From: Candidatus Binatia bacterium
GTDB taxonomy: Bacteria > Desulfobacterota > Binatia > Bin18
Assembly: GCA_963666315.2 (NCBI GenBank)
Contig: CAXXHG010000030.1
Location: forward strand, 1 to 64,000
Direction: 5' to 3'
Length of the DNA: 64,000 bases
The notes beneath the pieces are model-generated. The model did not search any database. It saw only the letters and a program-made list of their open reading frames with translations, and was not told the DNA's origin. Shown piece by piece: positions 39,010 to 49,687 of the stretch. A program made the position numbers and the translations under genes. Position 1 is the first letter of the stretch. The number at the start of each line of letters is the position of its first letter.

Positions 39010-40149
39010 TTACGCTGGAGACTTGGACTTGGCTCCAAGCCCCTCAAACCAGGGCAATACAATGGTCTCGTTGATGGAGTAGGGATAGGCGTGTCCCCAG
39101 TCTGGCAACTCCTGATAGGTCACGTCGTAGCCGAGTTTTACGAACACGTCTTTGACCTGCCGTGTCACCTCGATAGGGAAAATGGGATCCCGCCCACCGT
39201 GCACGATCAAGATCGGCAAGTCTTTGCCTTGACCACGTCTGATGAGGTGATCAACAGCCGGATGGATGCGGCCGGCTACCGGCGCTATACCCGCAAACAG
39301 ATCCGCATAGGCCAGTCCCAGAACGTATGTAAAAATCCCTCCATCCGAAAAGCCGGTCAGATAGATCCGACTGCGGTCTACTGCATAGATCTGCCAGACC
39401 TCCTCCAACATCATCCGGATAGAGCGACGGTCCAGCGCGGGATTCGGCGCAATACCAGGCAAGCGGATGGCCGACCACGTTTCCCTATTCGATTTGGGCG
39501 ACAGCACCATATACCCTTTGCTCTTTGCCGCCCGTAACCAAGTCAAAATATAGTCATCGTCTCGGCTGTATCCACTGTGCAGGCAGACAATAAGAGGCCA
39601 CTGTTTTTGGGGTGTGTAATTCTCGGGGACGTATAGTGAGTAGGCCGAGCGTGAGTCTTCACGCTCTGTCCGCATCATACCCACGGGGACCTCTAGCCCT
39701 GGAGTCCGGGTTTCCAACGCGGCAAGAGAAGGTAGGGCATCAGGCAGGACCCAGTATTGCTGCAGGATCGGCAGCTCAGCCCGTAACTCGTACAGGAGAT
39801 GTTTGCCCAGACAGAGTTCATGCCGGCCCTTCAAGAAATCCATGCCGGATTCTTGTCCGGTAAAAAGCAAAAAGAAACGATAGGAATTGGCGCAATGCTC
39901 AATCGCTTTGGTAAATTTTTCGTGGAAGTCTTGCAATCCCCCGGGTGGAGAAAGCGCGGCAAGATTAGAAAGATCAGTCTTCAGCCCACCGAACAACTCA
40001 CCCACAGCGTCCTGCAACTGTGCGTTCTGCTCGGCAAGCCGGGAAACAAACATCTTTTCCTGATGTGTTTCGATCGTACGTAGAAAATCCAGCAGTTTTT
40101 CCTCCACCTGCTGGATACCAGCCGTGTATTGGTTATTCCCGGCTTCCAT
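39010..40149 (-). CDS. alpha/beta hydrolase (phospholipase/carboxylesterase-like) with helical N-terminal domain
   Basis: YSLYVPENY, GFSDGG, HGGRDPIF, WGHAY. Confidence 0.85.
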   Translation of the reverse strand: MEAGNNQYTAGIQQVEEKLLDFLRTIETHQEKMFVSRLAEQNAQLQDAVGELFGGLKTDLSNLAALSPPGGLQDFHEKFTKAIEHCANSYRFFLLFTGQESGMDFLKGRHELCLGKHLLYELRAELPILQQYWVLPDALPSLAALETRTPGLEVPVGMMRTEREDSRSAYSLYVPENYTPQKQWPLIVCLHSGYSRDDDYILTWLRAAKSKGYMVLSPKSNRETWSAIRLPGIAPNPALDRRSIRMMLEEVWQIYAVDRSRIYLTGFSDGGIFTYVLGLAYADLFAGIAPVAGRIHPAVDHLIRRGQGKDLPILIVHGGRDPIFPIEVTRQVKDVFVKLGYDVTYQELPDWGHAYPYSINETIVLPWFEGLGAKSKSPA

Positions 40150-40174
40150 CGCTCCCCTTTTTTTTCGATGTGCC

Positions 40175-40336
40175 TAAGAACGCCTAACAAAACTACTTAG
40201 TGTACGTTGTCAGCGCTCCAGCCCGGCCCTCCCTGGATTCCCGTTTCCACGGGAATGACAGTCGTTGTTGTGTCATACCTGCTTTCGCAGGTATCCAGGC
40301 CCACTGAACAAGACGGAGTTTAGTTAGTGGCTCTAA
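40175..40336. repeat. composite palindromic element (ATTCCC-N8-GGGAAT-type REP pair within imperfect outer IRs)
   Basis: CCTGGATTCCCGTTTCCACGGGAATGACA...TGTCATACCTGCTTTCGCAGGTATCCAGG; outer CTAACAAAACT / AGTTTAGTTAG. Confidence 0.7.
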
Positions 40337-40369
40337 AGTGTCATACCCGCGACGCTTCCGTCAGCATGG

Positions 40370-41698
40370 CTAGCCAGCCAGCATGGCCAGCAGCCCACTG
40401 CCGACCTGAACCGCAACTAGCTTCTTGAGAGGCAAGACTTCAATATGACTCTCTGCTTCTATCTGCTTGATCCGTAGCTCCACCTGTGCACGAATTTCTT
40501 CTGCCCAACCCGCTTCCCCGGCCTCCTTCGCTAAACGATACACTTCACCCAGATACAGGGCGGGATGCAAACTGCGGCACACTGTTGCATCAAATGCCTG
40601 GGCATGAGTCGCTTCTTCTTCATAGGCAGACGATGCTTCGAGCTGTCTGCGCTGCGCAACCAGACGCTTGGGCGTTCGTTGCACATAATCAGACACAGAT
40701 CGAAAGAGACGCGAGGAGGGAAGTCTACCCCTGAGAGTCGAAAAATACGTCTCAATGAGCGCGAGTGTTTCTTCAATACGATTCAGCCCTTCAGCCATGG
40801 CGCCACGACGCGAGATGCCTGCTGGTCTTGTATCTTCCAGCGCAGGGTCGGTGAAATAGGGCAGTTCACACACCAGCGACAATGCCTCTGGAACCAGCTG
40901 TTTGAGGTAGTCGGCTGAACTCGTCCCGGTCGTGATGAGTGAGGCTGGATCTTCATCCAGATGCTGGGCCATAAAATCGTAGCTTTCTTGCACTCCAAAG
41001 AATGGATACACCGCCTGAGTCCAGGCTTGAATATACGGCACCTCGGGTTCGCCCTGGTGAAGCGCTAAGCCTTGGTCGGCAACAAGCTGTTGTAGCTGAG
41101 TAAAGAGCCGAGGAAAACACTGCGAGGCATAGAAATATACACCACAAAAGCTGGCGTTATGCAGCGAGTAGCAGAAGCTGGGGCGGTAGTTGTGCATAAG
41201 CTGCATAACGACCTGGGTTTCAGCTGGCGGAGTAGAAAAGTGCAGTGTTTTGTAGTCAATAGGAAAGCCCCACTCCACCTGCTCTTGGGCCATACAACGA
41301 TAATAGTTGAGGGCATATTGGAGCGGAGAAAATGCACCTTTGAGCCAGCCTTCGTTCAGCGCCAACCCATCCGGGTCGCTCACTTTGACAATAAGAAAAG
41401 TGTAGTCAAACCGCTCCCTGAGGTCGGGCCGCTCACATAACAAACGGCTCAGGAATTCCAGACTGAGAGTACCAATGGGTTCATTGGGGTGTGGGACCCC
41501 GAGAAAAAGAGCGACACGTGAGCCGCGTCCGATGGTCAGCAGTTCGATCGGGCGTCCATCCGTAGACACACCTATCTTTTGGAGTTGCGCGATCTCTGGA
41601 AACTCTTCAACGAGTTCGACGGAACTATTATGTAGTTCCTCTGAGGTCAGGAACTCTTGATAATCAGGGATGGTCTGGAGAATGCCCGCGAGATCCAT
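40370..41698 (-). CDS. M14 zinc carboxypeptidase family protein
   Basis: HPNE zinc motif, DPDG, YSLHN, CELPY. Confidence 0.85.
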   Translation of the reverse strand: MDLAGILQTIPDYQEFLTSEELHNSSVELVEEFPEIAQLQKIGVSTDGRPIELLTIGRGSRVALFLGVPHPNEPIGTLSLEFLSRLLCERPDLRERFDYTFLIVKVSDPDGLALNEGWLKGAFSPLQYALNYYRCMAQEQVEWGFPIDYKTLHFSTPPAETQVVMQLMHNYRPSFCYSLHNASFCGVYFYASQCFPRLFTQLQQLVADQGLALHQGEPEVPYIQAWTQAVYPFFGVQESYDFMAQHLDEDPASLITTGTSSADYLKQLVPEALSLVCELPYFTDPALEDTRPAGISRRGAMAEGLNRIEETLALIETYFSTLRGRLPSSRLFRSVSDYVQRTPKRLVAQRRQLEASSAYEEEATHAQAFDATVCRSLHPALYLGEVYRLAKEAGEAGWAEEIRAQVELRIKQIEAESHIEVLPLKKLVAVQVGSGLLAMLAG

Positions 41699-41875
41699 TA
41701 TTCACTCATGCCCTAAGGCAGGAATCCGGTCAATCAGTATTCTCATCTCCTTGACAGGCAAGAAAGAGTCATGTTTCTCTGCTGCAACTATGAAGACGAG
41801 CAAGGATTCCTATTGTTTCTTCAAAGGGAGATGTTCCTAGCGCAGGATACACCCACTCAGGAAGAGAAAGCAGAT

Positions 41876-42102
41876 ATGGCCCTAGCAAGTGTACAGGAAT
41901 ACCTTAAAATCCTACCGGTCGTGAAACGTTCTCCCCAAGGATCGATCTGGTCTTCATATGAAGCTGAGGATGACGTCCTCTAGGTCAACTTTCGGAAACC
42001 AAGTCAGGCGACAGATAGCGAACTCACCGATGATGATGTGATTCTTCGTTATAACGGGAAGAGATCATTGGATTGACAATTCTCCACGCAGGTAAACGAT
42101 AA
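41876..42102 (+). pseudogene. DUF2283 family protein (TA-associated) with in-frame TAG and frameshift; remnant of partner gene upstream
   Basis: SYEAEDDVL*VNF..ATDSELTDDDVILRY../EIIGLTILHA; upstream fragment ending RKRKQIWP* overlaps the ATG. Confidence 0.65.
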
Positions 42103-42120
42103 GAACGCTCATAATCTTAC

Positions 42121-43428
42121 ATGGAAGACACACAAGCGACTTCTACTGAAAAGACAGCAGCTAGGCGAGAAGACGACAGCCAATTCACCCGCTTCCTCAA
42201 AACACTCGGCCCAGGTTTACTCTTTGCGAGCACGGCTATCGGCGTCTCCCATTTGGTCCAGTCCACACGGGCTGGAGCAACTTACGGCTACGCACTGCTG
42301 TGGGCGATTCTGATTGCCAATCTCCTGAAATACCCGTCGTTTGAGTATGGCTCACGTTATGCCAACGCTACGGGAGAAAGTCTGATTGACGGCTATGGGC
42401 GATTCGGCAAATGGGCACTGTATTTATATCTGTTCATAACCGTCACCCCGATGTTCATCATCATCGTCGCCGCGGTCAGCTTTACCACGGCGGGCCTGCT
42501 GAACAATCTGCTCGCGCTGACTATTCCTGCCAGCACTACATCGCTCTTCCTGTTTGCTGTGTGTGTCGGCATTTTATTGATCGGCAAGTACAGCGCTCTG
42601 GACAGCCTGATCAAAGTCATTATGCACAGTTCTGTTTATTTCTCGACTATCGTTGCTTTTGTCCTGACGCTCTTGCGTGGCCCTATCGCTCCCCTCACAT
42701 TTTACTCATCTGAAATCTGGTCGGTAACTGGCTTTGCCTTTCTGATTGCGCTCATGGGCTGGATGCCGGCTCCAGTAGACCTCTCAGCGCTGAACAGCCT
42801 GTGGACGCTCGAGCGCATCAAACAGACCGGATACAAGCCGACCATGCGAGAGACGCTGCTGGATTTTAATATTTCTTACGCAATGACTGCGGTTCTTGCC
42901 GTGTGTTTTATGACCCTGGGTGCCTTCATCATGTATGGCTCAGGCCACTCATTCTCCAACCAAAGCGGCACCCAGTTCACGAACGAGGTCGTCCGGCTCT
43001 ACACCACCACACTGGGCGACTGGAGCTATATTATTATTGCTTCTTCGGCCTTTTCAGTCATGTTTAGCACGACCCTAGTACTCTTCGATGGCTACGCCAG
43101 AGCCATGGACCGTACCTGGGCGCTCCTGTTTTCCAACGGCCAGAACAGCCGGACGGTCTATAACGCGTGGCTTATCATTGGTGCGATTGGTGGCTACCTG
43201 ATTATTACTCAGTTCCTGACGAATTTTACAACGCTCATTGATCTGGCTACGGTTATCTCGTTCCTGGTGGCACCGATCATTGCGATTGCGAATCATCGTC
43301 TTGTCTTCAGCTCGCATATGCCGCGCGAAGCGCATCCACCGCGTTGGCTGAAGCTGCTCAGCTACGCAGGCATCGTCTTTTTAGTCGTCTTCACCCTGAT
43401 CTATATTGGTATGCGGGTTCTGAACTAG
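42121..43428 (+). CDS. Nramp-related divalent metal transporter
   Basis: LGPGLLFASTAIGVSHLVQSTRAGA; GWMPAP; about 11 TM segments. Confidence 0.85.
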   Translation: MEDTQATSTEKTAARREDDSQFTRFLKTLGPGLLFASTAIGVSHLVQSTRAGATYGYALLWAILIANLLKYPSFEYGSRYANATGESLIDGYGRFGKWALYLYLFITVTPMFIIIVAAVSFTTAGLLNNLLALTIPASTTSLFLFAVCVGILLIGKYSALDSLIKVIMHSSVYFSTIVAFVLTLLRGPIAPLTFYSSEIWSVTGFAFLIALMGWMPAPVDLSALNSLWTLERIKQTGYKPTMRETLLDFNISYAMTAVLAVCFMTLGAFIMYGSGHSFSNQSGTQFTNEVVRLYTTTLGDWSYIIIASSAFSVMFSTTLVLFDGYARAMDRTWALLFSNGQNSRTVYNAWLIIGAIGGYLIITQFLTNFTTLIDLATVISFLVAPIIAIANHRLVFSSHMPREAHPPRWLKLLSYAGIVFLVVFTLIYIGMRVLN

Positions 43429-43459
43429 CTCAGCTAGCTCAGCCGACGTCGGGTGGTCT

Positions 43460-44176
43460 CTAGAAATTCTCCAGCGACGGGCGGATATCAAACTCATGCA
43501 TCCAAGTATCGCGTGGCTGGGCAACGGCCTGGGCGACCACCCGAGCTATAGAGCGCGCATCGAGCATGCCCGATTTGACTTCCCGAGACTCGCCTAACGG
43601 TATGCTGTCTATGCCGCCATCGATAATCACGTGGAAAACGTGTATCCCCTGCGGGCCGAACTCGCGGGCGTTGCATTGCGCCAGGGCACGTAGCGCAAAT
43701 TTCCCAGGCGCAAAGCCTGAAGATTTTGCATAGCCTTTGACTGAACTCGTCGCCCCGATATAGACCACCGTTCCCCCGCCATGGGCGAGCATGTCAGGGA
43801 TGGCCTGTTTGGCACACAGGAAAGGGCCAACCGCCTGTCCGTGCAGACTCCGCTCAAACTGCTGCGCGGAAAGATCAAGGAAAGAGCCGCGTTTTGCACC
43901 TCCTCCGGCGTTTGCAATCAGGAGCTGGACGGGACCCAGTTCGTCTCGGACACGGGCAAAAACCGCGTCGACCTGAGCCTGATCGGTAATATCTGTCGCC
44001 CAAAATTTACACCGTTCGGCCAGGGTGCCAAGCGCCGTCTGAATGTCGTCGAGCGAGTGTTGATTACGAGCCAGACCGACAACCCGGTAGCCTTCTTGAG
44101 CAAAGGTCTCCACAAAACGTGCACCAATACCTTGGCCAACACCAGCAATAACGGCAACGGGATCATTCTGAGCCAT
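43460..44176 (-). CDS. SDR family oxidoreductase
   Basis: GVGQGIG, ANAG, GATSS, KFALRALAQ, HVIIDG. Confidence 0.9.
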   Translation of the reverse strand: MAQNDPVAVIAGVGQGIGARFVETFAQEGYRVVGLARNQHSLDDIQTALGTLAERCKFWATDITDQAQVDAVFARVRDELGPVQLLIANAGGGAKRGSFLDLSAQQFERSLHGQAVGPFLCAKQAIPDMLAHGGGTVVYIGATSSVKGYAKSSGFAPGKFALRALAQCNAREFGPQGIHVFHVIIDGGIDSIPLGESREVKSGMLDARSIARVVAQAVAQPRDTWMHEFDIRPSLENF

Positions 44177-44292
44177 ACAGTCTCCTCCTCTCTCATTAGT
44201 CCTGGCCGGGACAGTCCTAGACAGTACCCCAGGCTCCGGTCTGATGCCATGCCGGTTTTTACTTTTCTCTCTACACCAGATAAGGATGACTC

Positions 44293-45174
44293 GTGGAACC
44301 AGGACAACGCACCTCGCACGTTATTGATGAAGTCGAAGCCGCTAGCTGGGTCGAAGATGGTATGATCATAGCCGTGGGCTCTCCCCCGCCCATGACACTG
44401 CTGCGTCAGATTATCCGGCGTGGGGTGCAAGACCTCACGCTTGTTGATGCGGGCATGTCGCTCGACATGTTGATCGCAGCCGGCTGTGTCAAAAAGGTTG
44501 TCAGCTACTACGCGAGTGGAGGCTTTGGCGTTCCGGTTGCACCCGCGTTTCGGCATGCGGCTGAACGGGGGGAAATAGAAATTTGGGAATGCGAAGAAGG
44601 CATCCTAACCGCCGGTCTGCAAGCCGCAGCTCAATTGCTGCCTTTCCTGCCTTGGCGTGGCGGAGTGGGCACCTCATTGCCTGAGGTCAATCCGGACCTC
44701 AAGGTTTTCACCGATCCAATCAACGGCGAAACACTCCTGGCCGTGCCGCCCATCAAGCCGGATGTCGCCCTGTTGCATGCCGCGATTTCTGATGTTTATG
44801 GCAATGTCCAACACGTGGGCGGACCGGGCTGGATTGATCTGTTCATGCACCGCGCAGCGGATCGAACTATCGTCCAAGTAGAGAAGGTGGTGTCGAACGA
44901 AGAAATTCGTAAAGATCCGTGGGCAACGACGGTTGCTGGCGCAGATGCGATTGTGCGTGTCCCGTACGGCGCGCATCCATTCTATAGCCGCGGCTATTAC
45001 GTCCAGGACAATGCTCATCTCAAGCGCTATCTGGATGCCTCAGTCGCAGCCGCAAAAGGGGACACAGACGCGTTGACCGCCTACCTCTCACAATACTGTC
45101 GAGAGCCCGAAACGCATGTCGACTATCTGGAGCAGATCGGAATTAAGCAATTGCTGGAGTTGCATGAGTATTAA
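44293..45174 (+). CDS. CoA-transferase subunit A (glutaconate CoA-transferase-like)
   Basis: DMLIAAGCV, LPFLPWRGGVGT, PDVALLHA..DVYGN, PYGAHP. Confidence 0.88.
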   Translation: MEPGQRTSHVIDEVEAASWVEDGMIIAVGSPPPMTLLRQIIRRGVQDLTLVDAGMSLDMLIAAGCVKKVVSYYASGGFGVPVAPAFRHAAERGEIEIWECEEGILTAGLQAAAQLLPFLPWRGGVGTSLPEVNPDLKVFTDPINGETLLAVPPIKPDVALLHAAISDVYGNVQHVGGPGWIDLFMHRAADRTIVQVEKVVSNEEIRKDPWATTVAGADAIVRVPYGAHPFYSRGYYVQDNAHLKRYLDASVAAAKGDTDALTAYLSQYCREPETHVDYLEQIGIKQLLELHEY

Positions 45175-45176
45175 TT

Positions 45177-45306
45177 GCCTATCCGAATAACGGTTTCACG
45201 GTGTCATGTTGAGCGCAACGAAACATCTCAACTCCGCGACAAAGACAGAGATTCTTCGCTACGCTCAGAATGACAGAGCCGGGCGCCTAGGGTTATTCGG
45301 ATAGCC
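45177..45306. mobile_element. ~130-bp MITE/REP-like element between the CoA-transferase subunits
   Basis: Outer IR CTATCCGAATAAC / GTTATTCGGATAG; inner palindrome TGTCATGTTGAGCGCAACGAAACATCTC...GAGATTCTTCGCTACGCTCAGAATGACA. Confidence 0.72.
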
Positions 45307-45358
45307 TCTAATTGCGAGAGACAGCGTCTCGGAGAGACAGCGTCTCAAGGGACAGACT

Positions 45359-46156
45359 ATGCCGAGTGATTTTTCTCCCCAAGAACTGATGGCGGTTTTT
45401 CTTGCCCGCGACTTGAAAGACAGCGAGCATCTCATGGTCGGCGTGGCCATGCCCATTGTTGAGGCCGCCGTGCGCTTAGCGCATCTTATGCATGGCCCGA
45501 ATATGGAGCTGATCTTTTTTGGCACGCGGATGAATGTTGCCGACATATACTCCCTGCCCATGCCTGCCTTTGGCTGGGACAATCGGGTCGTACGTTGGGC
45601 CGAGTCGTTCAGCGATACCGGTCACCGTTTTGACAACGTCAAGCACTGGCACAAACGCGTCTTCTTTATTGGCGGAGTACAGGTTGACCCACATGGCAAT
45701 ACCAATCTGATTGGCGTGGGCCCGGACTATTCCAAGCTGCGTTTTCGTGGTCCTGGTTCGGTCGGTACTCCGACGCTCAGCACCCACGTCGGGCGCTATT
45801 ATATTGTCCTCAACTCCCATAATCCCCGCTTACTGGTTGAGCACTGCGATTATATTAGCGCCTATGGCTGGGGCAGCGGCGGCGCGGATGCCCGTAAAAA
45901 GATGAACATTCCCGGCGGAGGACCGAAGTATTGCGTCACACCACTATGCGTCATGGATTTTGACGAAGAAGACAAATACATGCGGTTGTATGCATTGCAC
46001 CCTGGCGTGACGGAAGAGCAAGTGCGAGCCCAAACCGGCTTTACACTCAAGACCCCGCGCCAAATTCCGACCACCCCAGCCCCCACACAGGAAGAGCTTC
46101 ATGTTTTACGAACGCGCGTTGATCCTGAAGGTCGTCTTCGCAAGAGGGCAAGATGA
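45359..46156 (+). CDS. CoA-transferase subunit B
   Basis: GGVQVDPHGNTN, GPGSVG, VTPLCVMDF, HPGVT..V..QTGF. Confidence 0.88.
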   Translation: MPSDFSPQELMAVFLARDLKDSEHLMVGVAMPIVEAAVRLAHLMHGPNMELIFFGTRMNVADIYSLPMPAFGWDNRVVRWAESFSDTGHRFDNVKHWHKRVFFIGGVQVDPHGNTNLIGVGPDYSKLRFRGPGSVGTPTLSTHVGRYYIVLNSHNPRLLVEHCDYISAYGWGSGGADARKKMNIPGGGPKYCVTPLCVMDFDEEDKYMRLYALHPGVTEEQVRAQTGFTLKTPRQIPTTPAPTQEELHVLRTRVDPEGRLRKRAR

Positions 46157-46575
46157 GAAGAGGAGAAGATAATTATTAAAGTGCGGGCATTACCCTCTAT
46201 GAGGGAATACCCGAGTTCCTGCGTTCTCGCCTTGGAATAGCCCCCCCAACTCCTGCCCAGAAGCGACAAGGGCCGAGTTTGGCCCAAGATCTATCCCGCT
46301 GACCTGTCCGCCTACTGGGCTGTCCCCTACATTAAAAAAGAAAAGGTCATCACCCCTCCCACCCGACTCCCAGCCTTATGCTGAGACAATCGGGTAGTCG
46401 GTGCTAAAAACCTTTTTCCCTCACAAAACTTCGTCTGAGGATTTTAGTTTTGCAGAATTGGTGCCGAATCACTCTTAGAAAGGTGGGTTCATTCTGCCCC
46501 AAAACGGCTAAGGGCAAATGAGGACAATCCACCCCAGGAGAGGGACGGCAAGTCGTCGTCTCAAAAATAGTGCTT

Positions 46576-49338
46576 ATGTTGTTGCTTACTAGCCTCATTC
46601 TCATTCCGCTCTTATGCACCCTCATTCCTGTGCCGGAGCGTTTGCATGCCTCGCTCCGAAAGTGGGTTGCAGTGATTCCAGCACTGCAGTTCCTCATCCT
46701 GCTCAGCCTGTGGCCCGAGGTCCAGGCCGGAGAAAAGCTGGTGTATGCCTGGGCATGGCTGCCGGAGATGGGCTTCCATCTCAGCGTGGCGCTTGACGGA
46801 CTGAGCTGGCTGTTCGCCTGCCTGATCTCCGGGATGGGCATTCTCGTCTTTTATTACACGGCGTCCTATCTGGAAGGCGATCCACGCCTGTTTCGGCTGT
46901 ATCGTTTTCTGCTGTTATTCAACAGCGCCATGATGGGCGTAGTGTTAGCCGACAATCTGGTCCTGCTGTTCGTCTTTTGGGAACTGACCAGTGTTGCCTC
47001 ATTCCTGCTGATTGGCTTCAACTCGGAGCGCAAAGCGGCCTGCGAGGGGGCAAGCAAAGCCTTGCTCATCACCGGCAGCGGTGGCCTGGTCATGCTCATG
47101 GGCGTTTTTCTGACCTAGGCCGACACCGGCACGTTTGAGCTCTCAACCCTGCTGACCGAACACCCGCATATCTCGACCGCAGCCGGACTGTGTTTCTTAG
47201 TCGGCGCTTTCACCAAGTCCGCTCAGGTTCCGTTCCACATTTGGTTGCCATCGGCTATGGAAGCGCCTACTCCGGTGAGTGCCTATCTCCACGCAGCGAC
47301 CATGGTCAAAGCCGGCATTTATCTGGTCGCGCGTTTGACACCGCTGTTTTCAGCCGACCCAGTGTGGTCGCCTCTGGTCACAGGCATTGGTCTTGTCACC
47401 CTCCTCTGGGGCGGTGTGCTGGCTTGCAAACAAACCGATTTGAAGGGCCTCTTGGCCAACTCCACCGTCAGCCAACTCGGACTGATTATGGCGCTCTTGG
47501 GCGTGCATACTAAACTCGCTCTGACCGCCGCCATTTTACACATCGTCAACCATGGCGCGTTTAAGGGCGCGCTCTTCCTCACTGCCGGTGCAGTTGATCA
47601 TGCCACTGGTACCCGCGATCTGCGCAAGCTGGGCGGACTGTATGCAATGATACCGCTGACTGCCATAGCAGCAACACTTGCAGCCCTGTCTATGGCCGGG
47701 ATACCACCCCTGGGAGGGTTTGTCAGCAAAGAATTGTTCTACGAGGCCATGCTCGAATACGGCGCCTTGCCGATTATTATTTCTGTTGCCGGAAGCTGTT
47801 TCACGCTTCTGTACTCCGCCATCTTTTTCTACGGTATCTTCTTTGGGAAAGCGCCTGAGTCGGGTAGTGAAGAGCCTGTCGATGCGCATGGCCATGCGGC
47901 GCATCAGAGTGGACATGCTGCGCACGAAACAGAGTTCGGCCTGCTCCTGCCGATTATGGTGCTGAGCGGCATTGTGGTGCTGTTTGGGCTTATGCCCGGG
48001 ATACCCGGGGCACTGATCAGCCCAGCAGTCAGGACCTTTTTGCAGGGTCATGAACCGCATCTGCACCTCGCGCTGTGGCATGGATTGAGCCCAGCCCTCG
48101 GCTTGAGCGCGATTACCGTAGCCATTGGTGCAGCGGCCTTTTTCATGCGCCCGATGTTCCTGCCTCGACTACGAACTATCCAAGCTGTGTACTCCTGCAA
48201 CCGTGCCTATACCGACGGCATTGCCGGTTTTAACCGCATGGTGCTCGGGCTGCGCAAACTGTATATGACCGGCAGTATCACCGACTATATCCGCTATATT
48301 TTACTCGTTCTGCTCATCGCAACCGGCATTCCACTCGGCCAGTTTTTCGGTGTGACTGCCTTCGAGCCGGACACCTCCAGCGCCATGCCGGACGAAATCG
48401 GTCTGGCCATACTCATGGCAATGGGCGAAATTGCGTGCTGCTTCTTGCAGTCACGCATTCTGCTTTTACTCGCACTAGGCCTGATCGGCGCACTGGTGAG
48501 CGTATTCTTTATCTTATTCAGCGCCCCAGACCTGGCACTCACCCAAATCATTGTTGAAGCAATCACCTTAGTCCTCTTCCTGTTGGTCTTCCGTTTCTTC
48601 ACCCGGGTTGATCCCGCCAGGAGCGCGCGCACTAAAACGCCTTTCAATATCGGGCTCAGTGTCGCCACTGGAGCACTCGTCGCGCTGCTACTGTTGGCCG
48701 CCAATATCGGCCAACTCTATCCTTCGGGGGTCACCCCGTTCTTTTTCGACAACAGCTACGTGCTGGCAGGCGGCAAAAACGTGGTGAACGTTATTTTGGT
48801 CGACTTTCGGGGTTATAACACCACGGGTGAGATCACGGTATTCAGCGTGGCTGCGCTCGCTGTTTTTGCCCTGGCCAAACTTGGCCCTCGGCCTGCCGCA
48901 CCAGCGCTGGGAGGAACGGTGCCGGCCTCCTCGCCCATCCTCCAGGCAATGGCTCGGCTGACCTTGCACCTCATGCTGCTGTTCTCGGTCTATCTGTTGC
49001 TGCGTGGCCATAACGAACCGGGCGGCGGGTTTATTGCCGGCATGCTGACCTCTCTCGCCATCATTCTACAAATGGTCGCGTTTGATCTGGAGTCGTTTAA
49101 GAAAGAAATTCCGTGGAGCCCGCTTAGGATTGTGTTCTCCGGCCTCACACTGTCAGCCATCACCGGGACTGGCGCCTTGGTCTTTGGTCAGCCGTTTATG
49201 ACCAGCGCCTTTGGCCATTTTCATCTGCCGCTGCTGGGCGATATCGAGCTGGCCAGCGCCATGTTTTTCGACATTGGCGTATACCTCGTAGTCGTGGGGA
49301 CCACGCTAGCGATTATTCGGACTATTGCTGAGGAGTAA
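46576..49338 (+). CDS. mrpA: Mrp Na+/H+ antiporter subunit A (AB fusion); in-frame TAG at 47116-47118
   Basis: FWELTSVASFLLIG, TKSAQVPFHIWLPSAMEAPTPVSAYLHAATMVKAG, NVILVDFRG, GHNEPGGGF. Confidence 0.92.
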
Positions 49339-49354
49339 TACACAGGAATACCCC

Positions 49355-49687
49355 ATGGATCTCATAATTATTGGCGTCGTCGGCGTCTTGTTTAGCTGTG
49401 GCACCTATTTGTTGCTGCACTCCAATCTACTCCGGATCATTATTGGCCTGTCGCTGTTCTCACACGGCACCAACCTCGCCCTTCTGCTCTCGGGCGGCCT
49501 GAAACGCGGCGGACCGCCGCTGCTGTCAACGCCGGCCCCGTATACGGATCCATTGCCCCAGGCACTCGTGCTGACCGCCATTGTCATCAGCTTTGGCATG
49601 ACTGCCTTTGCCGTGGTGCTCGCCTACCGTACCAAACAAGTGTATGGCTCGAATGAGATTGAGGAACTCGCCGGAGGCGAAGAGTGA
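49355..49687 (+). CDS. mrpC: Mrp antiporter subunit C
   Basis: DPLPQALVLTAIVISF. Confidence 0.95.
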   Translation: MDLIIIGVVGVLFSCGTYLLLHSNLLRIIIGLSLFSHGTNLALLLSGGLKRGGPPLLSTPAPYTDPLPQALVLTAIVISFGMTAFAVVLAYRTKQVYGSNEIEELAGGEE

